DNA of 64,000 nucleotides from contig OZ220089.1 in assembly GCA_964291625.2 (NCBI GenBank), positions 4,480,001 through 4,544,000 of the forward strand, read 5' to 3'. The translations under genes and the position numbers were made by a program. The notes under the pieces are model-generated. The model did no database searches and was not told the origin of the DNA. It was given only the letters and a program-made list of their open reading frames with translations. The stretch comes from Candidatus Latescibacterota bacterium (GTDB taxonomy: Bacteria > Latescibacterota > UBA2968 > UBA8231). This document shows, piece after piece, positions 30,582 to 40,598 of the stretch. Position 1 is the first letter of the stretch; the number at the start of each line of letters is the position of its first letter.

Positions 30582-31589
30582 TCAGAACGCGGGCATCTCC
30601 ACCTTCTGCGGGCGGCCGCTGCCGATCGAGTCGATGATGCGCTCCACCAGCAGGGTGGAGCGGATGCCCTCGCGGGAGCTGATGGCGGGCCCCGTGCCGG
30701 CGCGGACGGCGGCCACCAGGTCGCCGATGCGCGGCACCCGTCCGGGCTTGACCGTCTCGCTCACCAGCTCGCCCGAATCGGGGTCGGGGGCGGTGAAGGT
30801 GGCGGTCCCGAAGTGCTCGTGGAGGACGGCGGTGCCGGCGCCGTCGAAGAACTCGAAGAACCACTTCGACAGCAGCTCGTTGCGGCCGGCGTCGGTCATC
30901 AGGAAGGTGGCCACCGAGCCGTTGCCGAAGCGCAGGGTGGCGGCCGCCGTGTCGACCATCTCGGCGCTGCCGAGCTGCCCGGGGTGGGTGACTTGGCCGC
31001 CGGTGGCGAAGACCTCCACCGGGTCGTCGTCGTGGAGCCAGCAGAGCAGGTCGAGGGCGTGGACGCCGACGTCGTAGAGGGGGCCGCCGCCGACCTCCGG
31101 GTGCCAGCGCCAGGTCGTCAGGTCGGCGGGCGCCTGGGTGCACTGGCCGTGGCTGACCAGGGGCCGGCCGAGGCGCTCGCGCACGGCGCGGGCGGCGCCG
31201 GAGAAGCGGATGGAGAAGTTCAGCATCAGGCGCCGGTCCGCGGCCTTGCGCGCCGCCTCGATGCGCAGGCAGTCGGCCACGGTCATGGCCATCGGCTTCT
31301 CGAGCCAGAGGTGCTTGCCGGCCTCGAGGGCGGCCACCGCCAGGTCGGCGTGGGAGTCGTGGGCCGTGGCGATGGAGAGGATGGCGATCCCGGGGTCGGA
31401 GAACAGCCGCTCCGGGTCGGTGGTGTGCACGGCGCCCTCGTGCTCCGCGGCGAGCCGCTCGGCGGACCGTGGGTCGACGTCGCAGAAGGCGCGCACGGCG
31501 ACTTCGGGGTGCTCCGCCGCGCCGCGGGCGTGGCCGCCGCCGGCGCCGCCGCAGCCGATGAGGCCCCAGCCAAGGGGCGTATCCGTCAT
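30582..31589 (-). CDS. Gfo/Idh/MocA oxidoreductase
   Basis: 'WGLIGCGG','KHLWLEKPMA','GGGPLYDVGVHALD'. Confidence 0.9.
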   Translation of the reverse strand: MTDTPLGWGLIGCGGAGGGHARGAAEHPEVAVRAFCDVDPRSAERLAAEHEGAVHTTDPERLFSDPGIAILSIATAHDSHADLAVAALEAGKHLWLEKPMAMTVADCLRIEAARKAADRRLMLNFSIRFSGAARAVRERLGRPLVSHGQCTQAPADLTTWRWHPEVGGGPLYDVGVHALDLLCWLHDDDPVEVFATGGQVTHPGQLGSAEMVDTAAATLRFGNGSVATFLMTDAGRNELLSKWFFEFFDGAGTAVLHEHFGTATFTAPDPDSGELVSETVKPGRVPRIGDLVAAVRAGTGPAISSREGIRSTLLVERIIDSIGSGRPQKVEMPAF

Positions 31590-31637
31590 GTCATGGGCTC
31601 CTTTTCGAGGGGGGCCGGAGAATAGGGGAGAGGGAGG

Positions 31638-32651
31638 ATGAGACTCAAGTTCGCGTTTCTCGGCGCCTGGCACAGCCACGCCTCCATGCACGTGGAGGAG
31701 GCCCACCGCCGCCCGGAGGAGTTCGAGCTGCTGGGCATGTACGACCCCGACGACGGGGTCATCGCCAACAGGCAGGAGCGCTGGGCCGGGTTCGGGGCGC
31801 CACCGGTCTTCCCCTCCGTGGAGGCCGTGCTCGAGAGCGAGGCGGAGGCCGTCGTCGTCGAGGGCCACGTCTACCAGAACCTCGACTACGCCGAGGCGGC
31901 CCTGCGGGCCGGCAAGCACGTCCTGCTCGAGAAGCCGGCGGGCGTCGATCTGGCCCAGTTCTCGCGCATCCAGGATCTGGCGGGTCAGGCCGGTCTGCAA
32001 CTGCACCTGGCCTACATGTGGCGCTACAACGCCGCCGTCCGCGAGCTGCTGCGCCTGGCCGCGGCCGGCGCCCTCGGGCAGATCTACCAGTTCCGGGGCC
32101 ACATCCCCAAGCCGATGGGCTGGCATCGGCAGCTGGCCGAGGAGTTCACCGTCTACCACGGCGGCGTCTACTTCGAGATGGCGGGCCACCTCCTCGACCT
32201 GATGGTCACCCTCATGGGGGAGCCCCTGCGCGTGCACCCGGCCCTGGCCTGCCACTACGGCGACCGGTCGGAGGTCGACAACGCGGTGGTCGTCCACGAG
32301 TGCCGGGACGGGCTCGGCACGGTGGACACCACGGCGATGCAGATCGGCATGGACCGCCGCCTGGAGGTCCACGGCACCGCCGGCACGACCCTCCACGAGC
32401 CCCTGGGCTCCGACGGCCTGCGCCTGTTCCTGAAAGACCCCGTGGACGGCTACCCCGCGGGGGAGTGGGTCACCGCCGACCGCGCCCGGGGCGAGGCCGA
32501 TCCCACCCTGCTGCGGGAGCTGGCCGCCTGCATCCGCGGCGGCAAGGATCCCGACTACGGGGCGGACCACGACCTGGCCGTGCAGCGCACCCTGCTGGCC
32601 GGCTGCGGGATCGCCGACGGCCACACCATGCGCAAGGAGCCGCCGTCCTGA
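31638..32651 (+). CDS. Gfo/Idh/MocA oxidoreductase
   Basis: 'KHVLLEKPAG','YMWRYN','GGVYFEMAGHLLD'. Confidence 0.88.
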   Translation: MRLKFAFLGAWHSHASMHVEEAHRRPEEFELLGMYDPDDGVIANRQERWAGFGAPPVFPSVEAVLESEAEAVVVEGHVYQNLDYAEAALRAGKHVLLEKPAGVDLAQFSRIQDLAGQAGLQLHLAYMWRYNAAVRELLRLAAAGALGQIYQFRGHIPKPMGWHRQLAEEFTVYHGGVYFEMAGHLLDLMVTLMGEPLRVHPALACHYGDRSEVDNAVVVHECRDGLGTVDTTAMQIGMDRRLEVHGTAGTTLHEPLGSDGLRLFLKDPVDGYPAGEWVTADRARGEADPTLLRELAACIRGGKDPDYGADHDLAVQRTLLAGCGIADGHTMRKEPPS

Positions 32652-32663
32652 GGCCGCCGGGCC

Positions 32664-35417
32664 ATGGGTGAGTGGATCACGCGCGGCTTCGAGGCGTTCT
32701 CCCGCGGGACCTGCGGCCACGCCGGGCAGAACCTCTACGTCTCCCGGGCCGGGGTCCTGCAGCGGATCTTCCACTTCGACCTGAACCTCGACGGTCACGC
32801 CGACCTCGTCTTCTGTGACAGCCAGGACCACTGGGAGAAGCCGCCCGCCTCGGTGTACGTCGATCCCCTGGGGGAGCGCCGACTGGTGGAGCTGCCCGCG
32901 GAGGGGGCGTGGTCGGGGGCGGTGGCCGACCTGACCGGCGATGGCCGCGACGATCTGGTGGTGGGCAACCACCACGACGGCATCCGCCGCGACCTGAACT
33001 CGACGATCTACTTCGGCTCGCCCGAGGGGTGGAGCGAGCGCTGCACCCAGCGCCTGCCGGCGCCCCTGACCACGGCCGTGGCCGCCGGCGACTTCGACGG
33101 GGACGGCCGCGTCGACCTGGCCTTCCTCTGCCGTCCCGACCCGGCCTCCGGGGCGCCGGCGGTGCGGCTCTTCCTCCAGACCGGTCTCGGCTTCGAGCCC
33201 AAGCGCTTCCGCGACCTGCCGCTGGCCGCTCCGGGGGGCCCGGCGGAGCAGCTCACTGCGGACGACCTCGACGGCGACGGCTGCGCCGACCTGCTGGTGC
33301 GCGGCGCCGACGGCTCGGCCCGGGTCTACTGGGGAGGCCCGGACGGCCTCGATCCCGGGTGCGCCGCCGACCTCGACGGGGCGGCCGGGTCCACTCCTCC
33401 TCCGCCTCCTTCACGCGACAGCGCCCGCGGGCACTCGTACGAGGAGTTCGTCGCCGACGCCCCGCCCCTGCCGGCGGTGGTCGACGACGGCGCCGGCGGA
33501 CGGTGGCTGTTCCTGCCGTCGCCCGAGGGGGCCTTCCTGGTGCCCGCCGGTCCGGACCGCTCCTTCGGTGAGCCTCGGGTCCTGCCCTGCGGGCGCCCCA
33601 TGGCCGCCGCCGCCGGGGACGTGGACGGCGACGGCCGCCCCGAGCTGGTGGTCGCCTGCCGGGAGGAGCGGCCGGAAGGGGACGCGGGCGGTCAGCGCTC
33701 GTGGCTGTACCGCCGCGCCGAGGGCCCCGGCTGGACGGAGGAGGGCCGCATCGCCCTGGCCACGGAGCGCGCCTGCGACGTGGCGGTGGCCGACCTCGAC
33801 GGCGACGGCCGCGCCGAGATCGCCTTCTGCCGGAACCACTCCGAGGAGGCGTACACCACCGAGTCGCTCCTCTACCGGGGCGGCCGGGAACCCGCGGAGG
33901 CGGCGCGGCTCACCACCCACGACGCCCGGCGGGTCCTGCCGGGCCGCGCCCGGGGCCCCGGAGGCCCGGTATGGCTGGCCTTCGTCAACCACTTCGCCGG
34001 ACCCCTTCCGGGCAGCCCGTCGGTGCGCGTCTACTGGGGAGGTCCGGAGGGCTTCGAGGCCGGCCGCCGCGCCGAGCCGCCGGCCTGGGGGGCGGTGGAG
34101 TCCCTGGCCGCCGACGTGGACGACGACGGCTGGCCGGACCTCGTCCTCGCCAACTGCTCGGAGAACTCGATCTGGCTCGATCCCGGCTCCTACGTCGTTC
34201 CATCCGGCCCCGGGGGGTTCGCCGGCACCCCGTCCCAGGTGCTGCCCACGACCCGCGCCCACGGGGTGGCCTGCGCCGACCTCGACCGCGACGGTTGGCT
34301 CGACCTCGTGTTCTGCGGCTTCGACAACCCCGAGCTGCTCATCTTCCGCGGAGGTCCGCGGGGGTTCGACACCGCCAACCCCGAGCGCCTGCGGCTGGAG
34401 TTCGACGGCGTCCTCTGCTCCGAGCCCCGCTGGGTCTACCTGGCCGACCTGAACCGGGACGGCTGGCTCGATCTCGTGGTGCCCGACATCGCCTCCGACC
34501 GCAGCGTCGTCCTGTGGGGCGGCCCCGGCGGCTTCGACATCGAACGCCGGCAGATGCTCTCCGTCTGGCACGCCGCCTGCGCCCGCGCCGCCGACCTCGA
34601 CGGCAACGGCTGGCTCGATCTCATCGTCGGCGGCCACCAGCCCTCGGCAGGCGAGCCCCACGACAGCTTCCTCTACATCTACTGGAACGGCCCCGAGGGC
34701 CTGTCCGAGAGCCGCCGCACCCTGCTGCCGGCGAGGGCCGTCAACGCCCTCGCCGTGGCCGACTTCGACGGCGACGGGCGCCTCGACATCTTCGCCTGCT
34801 CCTATCACGCCGGCCTGGAACGGGACGTCGACTCCTTTCTCTACTGGAACCGCGAGGGCCGGGGGTTCAGCGCCTCGGACCGGCAGCGACTGTTCACCCA
34901 TTCCGCCTCGGGATGCGTGGCCGCCGACTTCGACGGCGACGGACGCGTGGACCTGGCCATCGCCTATCACAAGGTCGAGGGACAACACGTGGGCGACTCG
35001 GCGGTCTGGTGGAACGGCGGGGAGGGGTTCGACGCGAAGCGGGTGACCCGCCTGCCCACGCGGGGGCCCCACGGCATGACGGCCATCGAGCCGGGGAACC
35101 AGGCCGACCGCGGTCCGGAGGAGCACTACGAGTCCGAGCCCTTCGAGCTGCCCCCGGGAACGCGGGCCCGGCGGATCGACTGGGAGGCCGAGGTGCCGGC
35201 CACCTGCCGGGTGCGGGCCCAGGTGCGCGCCGCGCCGACGCGGGAGGCCCTGGCCCGGGCGGCGTGGAGGGGGCGCGGCGGCGGCGGGGGCTGGCTCGAG
35301 TGCGGGGACGGGATCCAGGCGGGGCCCGGCGGCTGGCTGCAGTACCGGCTGGCCCTCGGCGCGCGCAACGGCTGCGGGACCCCGCGGGTCACGCAGGTCC
35401 GGGTGACCTGGCAGTAG
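32664..35417 (+). CDS. FG-GAP/VCBS repeat protein
   Basis: More than 10 'AD(L/F)DGDG.(L/P)DL' motifs alternating with 'YWGGP.GF'. Confidence 0.85.
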   Translation: MGEWITRGFEAFSRGTCGHAGQNLYVSRAGVLQRIFHFDLNLDGHADLVFCDSQDHWEKPPASVYVDPLGERRLVELPAEGAWSGAVADLTGDGRDDLVVGNHHDGIRRDLNSTIYFGSPEGWSERCTQRLPAPLTTAVAAGDFDGDGRVDLAFLCRPDPASGAPAVRLFLQTGLGFEPKRFRDLPLAAPGGPAEQLTADDLDGDGCADLLVRGADGSARVYWGGPDGLDPGCAADLDGAAGSTPPPPPSRDSARGHSYEEFVADAPPLPAVVDDGAGGRWLFLPSPEGAFLVPAGPDRSFGEPRVLPCGRPMAAAAGDVDGDGRPELVVACREERPEGDAGGQRSWLYRRAEGPGWTEEGRIALATERACDVAVADLDGDGRAEIAFCRNHSEEAYTTESLLYRGGREPAEAARLTTHDARRVLPGRARGPGGPVWLAFVNHFAGPLPGSPSVRVYWGGPEGFEAGRRAEPPAWGAVESLAADVDDDGWPDLVLANCSENSIWLDPGSYVVPSGPGGFAGTPSQVLPTTRAHGVACADLDRDGWLDLVFCGFDNPELLIFRGGPRGFDTANPERLRLEFDGVLCSEPRWVYLADLNRDGWLDLVVPDIASDRSVVLWGGPGGFDIERRQMLSVWHAACARAADLDGNGWLDLIVGGHQPSAGEPHDSFLYIYWNGPEGLSESRRTLLPARAVNALAVADFDGDGRLDIFACSYHAGLERDVDSFLYWNREGRGFSASDRQRLFTHSASGCVAADFDGDGRVDLAIAYHKVEGQHVGDSAVWWNGGEGFDAKRVTRLPTRGPHGMTAIEPGNQADRGPEEHYESEPFELPPGTRARRIDWEAEVPATCRVRAQVRAAPTREALARAAWRGRGGGGGWLECGDGIQAGPGGWLQYRLALGARNGCGTPRVTQVRVTWQ

Positions 35418-35499
35418 CCGGGCCGGTCGGTCCCGGGCCGCGTCTTGCCCTTCCGGGTCCCGGGCGCCCAACTTACCCGCACACCCGGGAGGAAGAGAG

Positions 35500-37068
35500 A
35501 TGCACAGACCGCGCCTGATCTACTACAACGACGCCCACCACTATCACGCCAAGCGCATCGAGCCGCCGGCGAGCCTGCACATGCTGCAGTGGCCGGTGGA
35601 CGAGCTGGCCGGCACCGGGGCCGACACCCTCGCCCTCGGCCTCGGCTACGGCGACGTGTTCTTCCACGACACCAGGGTGGGGCGCTCCGTGGGGCAGCGG
35701 AAGGAGACCTGGGAGTCGTACATCGACTGGCGCATCATGCGCATGGTCGAGGAGGGGCAGCGCCTGGGGACCGACCAGCTGCGGGCCTGCATCGAGCGCG
35801 GGAAGGAGCTGGGGGTGCGCGTCGTCCCGAGCCTGAAGCTGCAGGACTCGCACCAGCCCGGGGCGCAGCGCTGCGGCACCCTCAAGTGGGAGAAGGGCGC
35901 CGAGGTCAGCATCGGCGAGGAGGGCCGCCATCTCTTCGGGTACGACTACGCCCTCGCCGAGGTGCGCGACTACAAGCTCGCCCTGCTGCGGGAGATCCTC
36001 GAGGACTACGGCCCCCACGGCATCGAGCTCGACTTCCTCTTCGGCACCCAGTACTTCAAGAGCGGCGAGGAGCGCGCCGCCGAGATCATGAGCGGCTTCG
36101 TCGCCGACGTGCGCCGGCTCATGGACGAGACCACCCCGGACGGCGGGGAGCGGCTGCCCCTGATGGTGCGCGTCGATCTGAGCGAGGAAGCCAACCACGC
36201 GTCCAGGCTCGACGTGGCCGGCTGGCTCGAGGCCGGCAGCGTCGACCACGTCGTCGGCCAGGACGGCTGCATCCTCACCGACACCGAGCCGAAGCCCGGG
36301 TGGATGACGAAGGCGGCCAACGCCGCCGGCGCCGCCGCCTACTACCGGCCGCCGCGCCGGGTCTTCCACGAGGCCGTCCCCTTCATGCACATCGAGATGT
36401 GGCGGGCCCTGCAGCAGAGCCTGGTCCACGACGGCTGGGCCGGCCTCTACCACGGGTACATGCCCTGGCCCTTCGACGACGAGGAGTACTCCTTCCTGCG
36501 GGAGATGGCCTACCCGGAGACCACGGGGCGCCGCGACAAGCGCTACTTCCTGCAGCCGCGGGAGGGCGCCGCCGACGCCGAGACCACCACCCCCCACCGG
36601 GTGCTGCCCCTGACCCTGGAGGAGGGGGCGGTCCTGCGGGCGCCGGTCCACGTGGCCGACGACGTCGACGGGGCCCGCGCCGACGGCGAGATGCGCAAGC
36701 CGGTCCTCACCCTCCGCTTCCAGTTCTACTGCATCGAGGACGACGTGGAGATCCGCTTCAACGGCCAGGTCCTGGATCTCGACGACGCCGAGATCACCGA
36801 CGAACGCGCCCTGTTCTTCCCGGTGCGCTTCCACGGCGCCCAGGAGGTGCAGGTCCCCCTGGGCGGCTCCTTCCACTGGTTCCGCTTCCGGTTGCCGGCC
36901 GACAGCGTGCGCCGCGGCGAGAACCTGGTCGAGGTCGAGGTGAGGCGCCTGGAGCCGCGGGCCACCTTCACTCGCTCCCTGAGCGGCGTCGAGCTCTACA
37001 TGCGCTACCGCGACATGGAGCGGCCCCTCGGCCTGCAGCAGGACCGCATCGGACCCAAGTCGACGTGA
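35500..37068 (+). CDS. Glycoside-hydrolase-like TIM-barrel protein (GHL10-like)
   Basis: 'RLIYYND','DYA..EVRD..L....E..E.Y..GIELDF'. Confidence 0.6.
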   Translation: MHRPRLIYYNDAHHYHAKRIEPPASLHMLQWPVDELAGTGADTLALGLGYGDVFFHDTRVGRSVGQRKETWESYIDWRIMRMVEEGQRLGTDQLRACIERGKELGVRVVPSLKLQDSHQPGAQRCGTLKWEKGAEVSIGEEGRHLFGYDYALAEVRDYKLALLREILEDYGPHGIELDFLFGTQYFKSGEERAAEIMSGFVADVRRLMDETTPDGGERLPLMVRVDLSEEANHASRLDVAGWLEAGSVDHVVGQDGCILTDTEPKPGWMTKAANAAGAAAYYRPPRRVFHEAVPFMHIEMWRALQQSLVHDGWAGLYHGYMPWPFDDEEYSFLREMAYPETTGRRDKRYFLQPREGAADAETTTPHRVLPLTLEEGAVLRAPVHVADDVDGARADGEMRKPVLTLRFQFYCIEDDVEIRFNGQVLDLDDAEITDERALFFPVRFHGAQEVQVPLGGSFHWFRFRLPADSVRRGENLVEVEVRRLEPRATFTRSLSGVELYMRYRDMERPLGLQQDRIGPKST

Positions 37069-37973
37069 CCGCCCTCCCACAGCGGGAGATCGAGGCCCTG
37101 GGCGCCGCCTTCGACGGGCGCTTCGGCTTCTACGTGGAGGACCTCGCCTCCGGGGCCAGGGCCGCGGTCAACGCCGATCATCGCTTCCCCACGGCGAGCG
37201 TCTGCAAGGTGCCGGTCATGGTCGAGCTCTTCCGCCAGGCCGCGGCCGGGGAGCTGTCCCTCTGCGACCGCCGCCGGCTGGCCGGCCCCATCAGCACCCA
37301 CGGCTCCGGCGGCCTGGGCCTGGCCCATGACGAGCCCGAGCTGACCCTCCTCGACTACTGCCGCTTCATGATCTTCGTCAGTGACAACGTGGCCACCGAC
37401 ATGCTCATGGGGGTGGTGGGACTCGACAACGTGAACCGCACCATGGAAGGCCTCGGCTTCGGGGACCTGCGCACCAACAGCACCATGAGCCGCTACCACT
37501 ACGCCATGGTCGGCATGGCGGACCGGACCCCGAGTCCGGAGGCGGACGAGGAGATGGCGCGGCGAATGAAGGAGGAGGGCCTCGACTACGGCGCCTGGCC
37601 CTACCACGACGCGCCCGAGAACAACGTCGCCTCCCCGGCCCACATGGGCGCCCTGCTCAAGGCCCTCCACCAGGGCCGGGTGGTCGACGAGGCCGCCTCG
37701 GCACAGATGGTGGAGCTGCTGGAGAGCGGCCGCGACCGGCGCATGCTGCCCCGGCACGTCGACCCCGGCGTGGTGATCGCCCACAAGTACGGCTCCAGCG
37801 GACGGATCAAGGGAGACGTGGGCCTCCTGTTTCTGCCGTCGGGCCCGCTGGTGGCGGCCGGTTTCGCCACCGCCGCCAACGACGAGGCCGACGGCGCCGA
37901 GGTCATCGCCGAGGCCTGCCGACTGGCCGTGGAGAGCCTATCACCCGAAAGCGCAAAGGAGAGGGACGAGTGA
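37065..37973 (+). CDS. Class A beta-lactamase-like serine hydrolase
   Basis: 'FPTASVCK' (SxxK), 'SDNVAT', 'AHKYG'; GTG overlaps upstream stop. Confidence 0.85.
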   Translation: MTALPQREIEALGAAFDGRFGFYVEDLASGARAAVNADHRFPTASVCKVPVMVELFRQAAAGELSLCDRRRLAGPISTHGSGGLGLAHDEPELTLLDYCRFMIFVSDNVATDMLMGVVGLDNVNRTMEGLGFGDLRTNSTMSRYHYAMVGMADRTPSPEADEEMARRMKEEGLDYGAWPYHDAPENNVASPAHMGALLKALHQGRVVDEAASAQMVELLESGRDRRMLPRHVDPGVVIAHKYGSSGRIKGDVGLLFLPSGPLVAAGFATAANDEADGAEVIAEACRLAVESLSPESAKERDE

Positions 37974-38797
37974 TTCGACTGAGCATGATGGCGCGCGAGG
38001 GGGCGGGAGCCCCCATCGACGAGACCGTGGACCTGGCCGCCGAGTTGGGCCTCGACGGGATCGACATCCACCTCTCGGGCCTGGACCGCGACCCGGAGCG
38101 GCTCAAGGCGATCCGCTGGCACTGCGTGCGCCGGGGCCTGACCATCGGCTACGCCGGCTCCGGCTCCTACGCCGGCCCCCCGGAGGAGAAGGAGCAGCGC
38201 CTGGCCCAGGGCCGGCAGGACGTGGACACGGCGGTGTTGCTGGGCGCCCAGATGCTGCGCGTCTTCGCCCGCGCCAAGTGGCCGGACAGCGTCGAGGAGC
38301 AGGAACGGCTGTGGGCGCCCATGGTGGCCAGCTTCGAGGAGCTGTCCGACTACGCCGCCGAGCGCGGCCTGATGCTGGCCCTGCAGAACCACGACGAGAG
38401 CAGCTTCTGCATGACCGCCAAACAGGCCCTGCGCATCCTGGGCGACGTGGACCGCCCCAACTTCCGGTTCCTCATGGACACGGGGCAGTGGAAGGGGGCG
38501 ATCGGTTCCCATGTCCGCGGGGAGTTCGACCCGGACGTCGACCTCTACGAGGACTACCTGCGGCCCACGGCGCCCCACGCGGTCTACGTGCGCGCCAAGA
38601 TCTACAAGATCGACGCCGGCCACGAGGAGTGGATCGACTACCCGCGGGTCGTCCGCCTGTTGCAGGAGGTCGGGTTCAACAGCAGCCTGGGCCTCGTCTT
38701 CGAGATCGGCGACCGCAACAGCTGCGGTTGGGAGGAGTGCGTCCGCCTCGCCGTGCGGCACCTGCGCCAGGTGCTCGACGAGGCCCAGGGAGGATGA
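37970..38797 (+). CDS. Sugar phosphate isomerase/epimerase (TIM barrel)
   Basis: 'ELGLDGID','LRVF','LQNH','MDTGQW','IDY.RV...L..VGF'. Confidence 0.82.
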   Translation: MIRLSMMAREGAGAPIDETVDLAAELGLDGIDIHLSGLDRDPERLKAIRWHCVRRGLTIGYAGSGSYAGPPEEKEQRLAQGRQDVDTAVLLGAQMLRVFARAKWPDSVEEQERLWAPMVASFEELSDYAAERGLMLALQNHDESSFCMTAKQALRILGDVDRPNFRFLMDTGQWKGAIGSHVRGEFDPDVDLYEDYLRPTAPHAVYVRAKIYKIDAGHEEWIDYPRVVRLLQEVGFNSSLGLVFEIGDRNSCGWEECVRLAVRHLRQVLDEAQGG

Positions 38798-39360
38798 CCG
38801 GCGGCTTCACCAGGAGCGGGGCGAGGGCGGTGGTCCCGCTCCTGGCCGCCGCGGTCGCGGCCCTGCTCGCCGGCTGCGGCTCCGATTCCGACAAGGGGGT
38901 TTCCGTCGACGAGCGGGCGCCGGCTTTCACCCTGCCCGCGGCGGACGGGACTTCCGTCTCCCTGGGCGACCTCCTCGAAGGCCGGGCGGCCGCGGTACTC
39001 GTGTTCTACCGCGGGTTCTTCTGAGGCTTCTGCAAGGCCCAGCTAGGTGAGCTGGCAGAGTCCCATCCCGCCTTCGTGGAGCGCGGCGTATCGCTCGCGG
39101 CGGTCAGCACCGACGACCTGGAGGACGCCCGCAACATGGCGGAGCTCAGCGGCGCCGGGTTCCCCATCCTCTCCGACGAGGACGGCGCGGTGGCCCGGGA
39201 CTACGGGGTCCACAACCTCCTGAACGACGGCGTCGCCGCGCCGTCGGCCTTCATCATCACGCCCGATCGCCGCATCGTCTGGAGGTTCGTGGGGGAGAGC
39301 ATCTCCGACCGCCCGGCGGTCGAGGAGATCCTGGCCCAGGTGGATGAGGTGGTGCGGTAG
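38794..39360 (+). CDS. Peroxiredoxin-like (AhpC/TSA redoxin) lipoprotein; probable selenoprotein (UGA at 39022-39024 read as Sec in U-G-F-C)
   Basis: Lipobox LAGC; 'APAFTLP..DG..VSL.D..LVFYRGFF*GFCKAQL.EL..FPILSD..VARDYGV..PSAFII' is continuous in one frame across the TGA. Confidence 0.85.
39025..39060 (+). promoter_or_regulatory. Putative bacterial SECIS hairpin
   Basis: Stem CCAGCT(39039-44)/AGCTGG(39050-55), loop AGGTG, lower pairing TCTG/CAGA; loop starts 20 nt after the UGA. Confidence 0.65.
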
Positions 39361-39410
39361 TCGGCGCCGCACCCGACGGGTACTCTATGGGGCAATAGGA
39401 GGGATACGTC

Positions 39411-40598
39411 ATGCAATTCATCAAGCGTCTTCGCATGAGCGGACTGCTGTCGTTCCCTCCAGACATGGAGTCCTTCGAACTGCAGCCCCTGAACGTCCTC
39501 ATCGGTCCGAATGCCTCGGGGAAGACGAACCTCATCGAGGTATTGGAACTGCTGAGAGCGGCGCCAGGGGACTTTGCTGCCGCCATCCGGGACGGAGGCG
39601 GTGCCCTGGAGTGGCTGTGGAAGGGCAGTGGCTGGAAGTCTCCGCTTGCTCCAACCCTGGAAGTCGAGACAGGTTCGTATCGTGGGGTCAAAGGGCCTCT
39701 GAAGTATCGTCTCTCCTTCAGAGTCATGGGCCTCGAGGCTAGTATCCAGGAGGAGGTAATCGAGGAAGCAGGTCCGCAGGGAGAAGGGCAGCATTCCTAC
39801 TACAAGTTTCGTCAAGGGCGGCCGGTGATCAACATCCGCGTGCGGACGCATGGTGAAGAAACCGAGGAGAGAACGCTGCCATTGAACGAAAACTCCTTGG
39901 ATCAACCGGTTCTGGCGCAGCGTAGGGATCCGGATCTCTATCCCGAACTGTCGTGGCTCGCTTGGCAGTTTGGATCCATTCAGAGTTTCCGCGAATGGAG
40001 TTTCGGCCGGTACAGTGCTATACGACAGCCGCAACGCGCCGATCTTCAGGGACAGTGGCTGCTCCCCGACTCCAGCAATCTCGCCCTTGTGCTCAACCAG
40101 ATCGAGCACATGTCCGGTCCAGTGTTCAACGAACACCTGAAACGCTTCTTTCCCCGGTTCGAGCGCATGTCCACGGCGATATCGGGGGGCACGGTACAGT
40201 TCTACCTGCACGAGTCCGGCTTTCATCTACCCATTCCCTCGACCCGGCTTTCCGACGGTACCCTCCGCTTCATCGCCCTGCTGGCGACGCTGCTGTCCCC
40301 CCATCCGCCGCCGCTGGTCTGCATTGAGGAGCCGGAACTAGGGTTGCATCCCGATGCCGTGGCCATGCTCGCCGATCTACTAGTCGATGCTTCCAAGCGG
40401 ATGCAGCTTGTAGTCACGACCCACTCCGATGCCCTCGTGTCGGCCTTGACCGATCAGCCGGCATCCATCGTTGCCTGCGAGCGGCCAGGAGCCGGCACCG
40501 AGTTGCGACGGCTCGATCCCGAAAAGCTCGCCGGTTGGCTGAGTGAATACCGACTCGGCGACCTGTGGCGGATGGGGGAGCTTGGCGCCAATCCGTGA
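39411..40598 (+). CDS. ABC-type AAA_21 ATPase (OLD/AbiEii-like, predicted defence ATPase)
   Basis: Walker A 'GPNASGKTN', signature 'LSDGTLR', Walker B 'IEEPELGLHP', H-loop 'TTHS'. Confidence 0.9.
   Translation: MQFIKRLRMSGLLSFPPDMESFELQPLNVLIGPNASGKTNLIEVLELLRAAPGDFAAAIRDGGGALEWLWKGSGWKSPLAPTLEVETGSYRGVKGPLKYRLSFRVMGLEASIQEEVIEEAGPQGEGQHSYYKFRQGRPVINIRVRTHGEETEERTLPLNENSLDQPVLAQRRDPDLYPELSWLAWQFGSIQSFREWSFGRYSAIRQPQRADLQGQWLLPDSSNLALVLNQIEHMSGPVFNEHLKRFFPRFERMSTAISGGTVQFYLHESGFHLPIPSTRLSDGTLRFIALLATLLSPHPPPLVCIEEPELGLHPDAVAMLADLLVDASKRMQLVVTTHSDALVSALTDQPASIVACERPGAGTELRRLDPEKLAGWLSEYRLGDLWRMGELGANP

Noticed and set aside
37065-37973. Bona fide antibiotic-resistance beta-lactamase
   Set aside because: No signal peptide, KYG instead of KTG, no clear omega-loop ExxLN, and a catabolic operon context.
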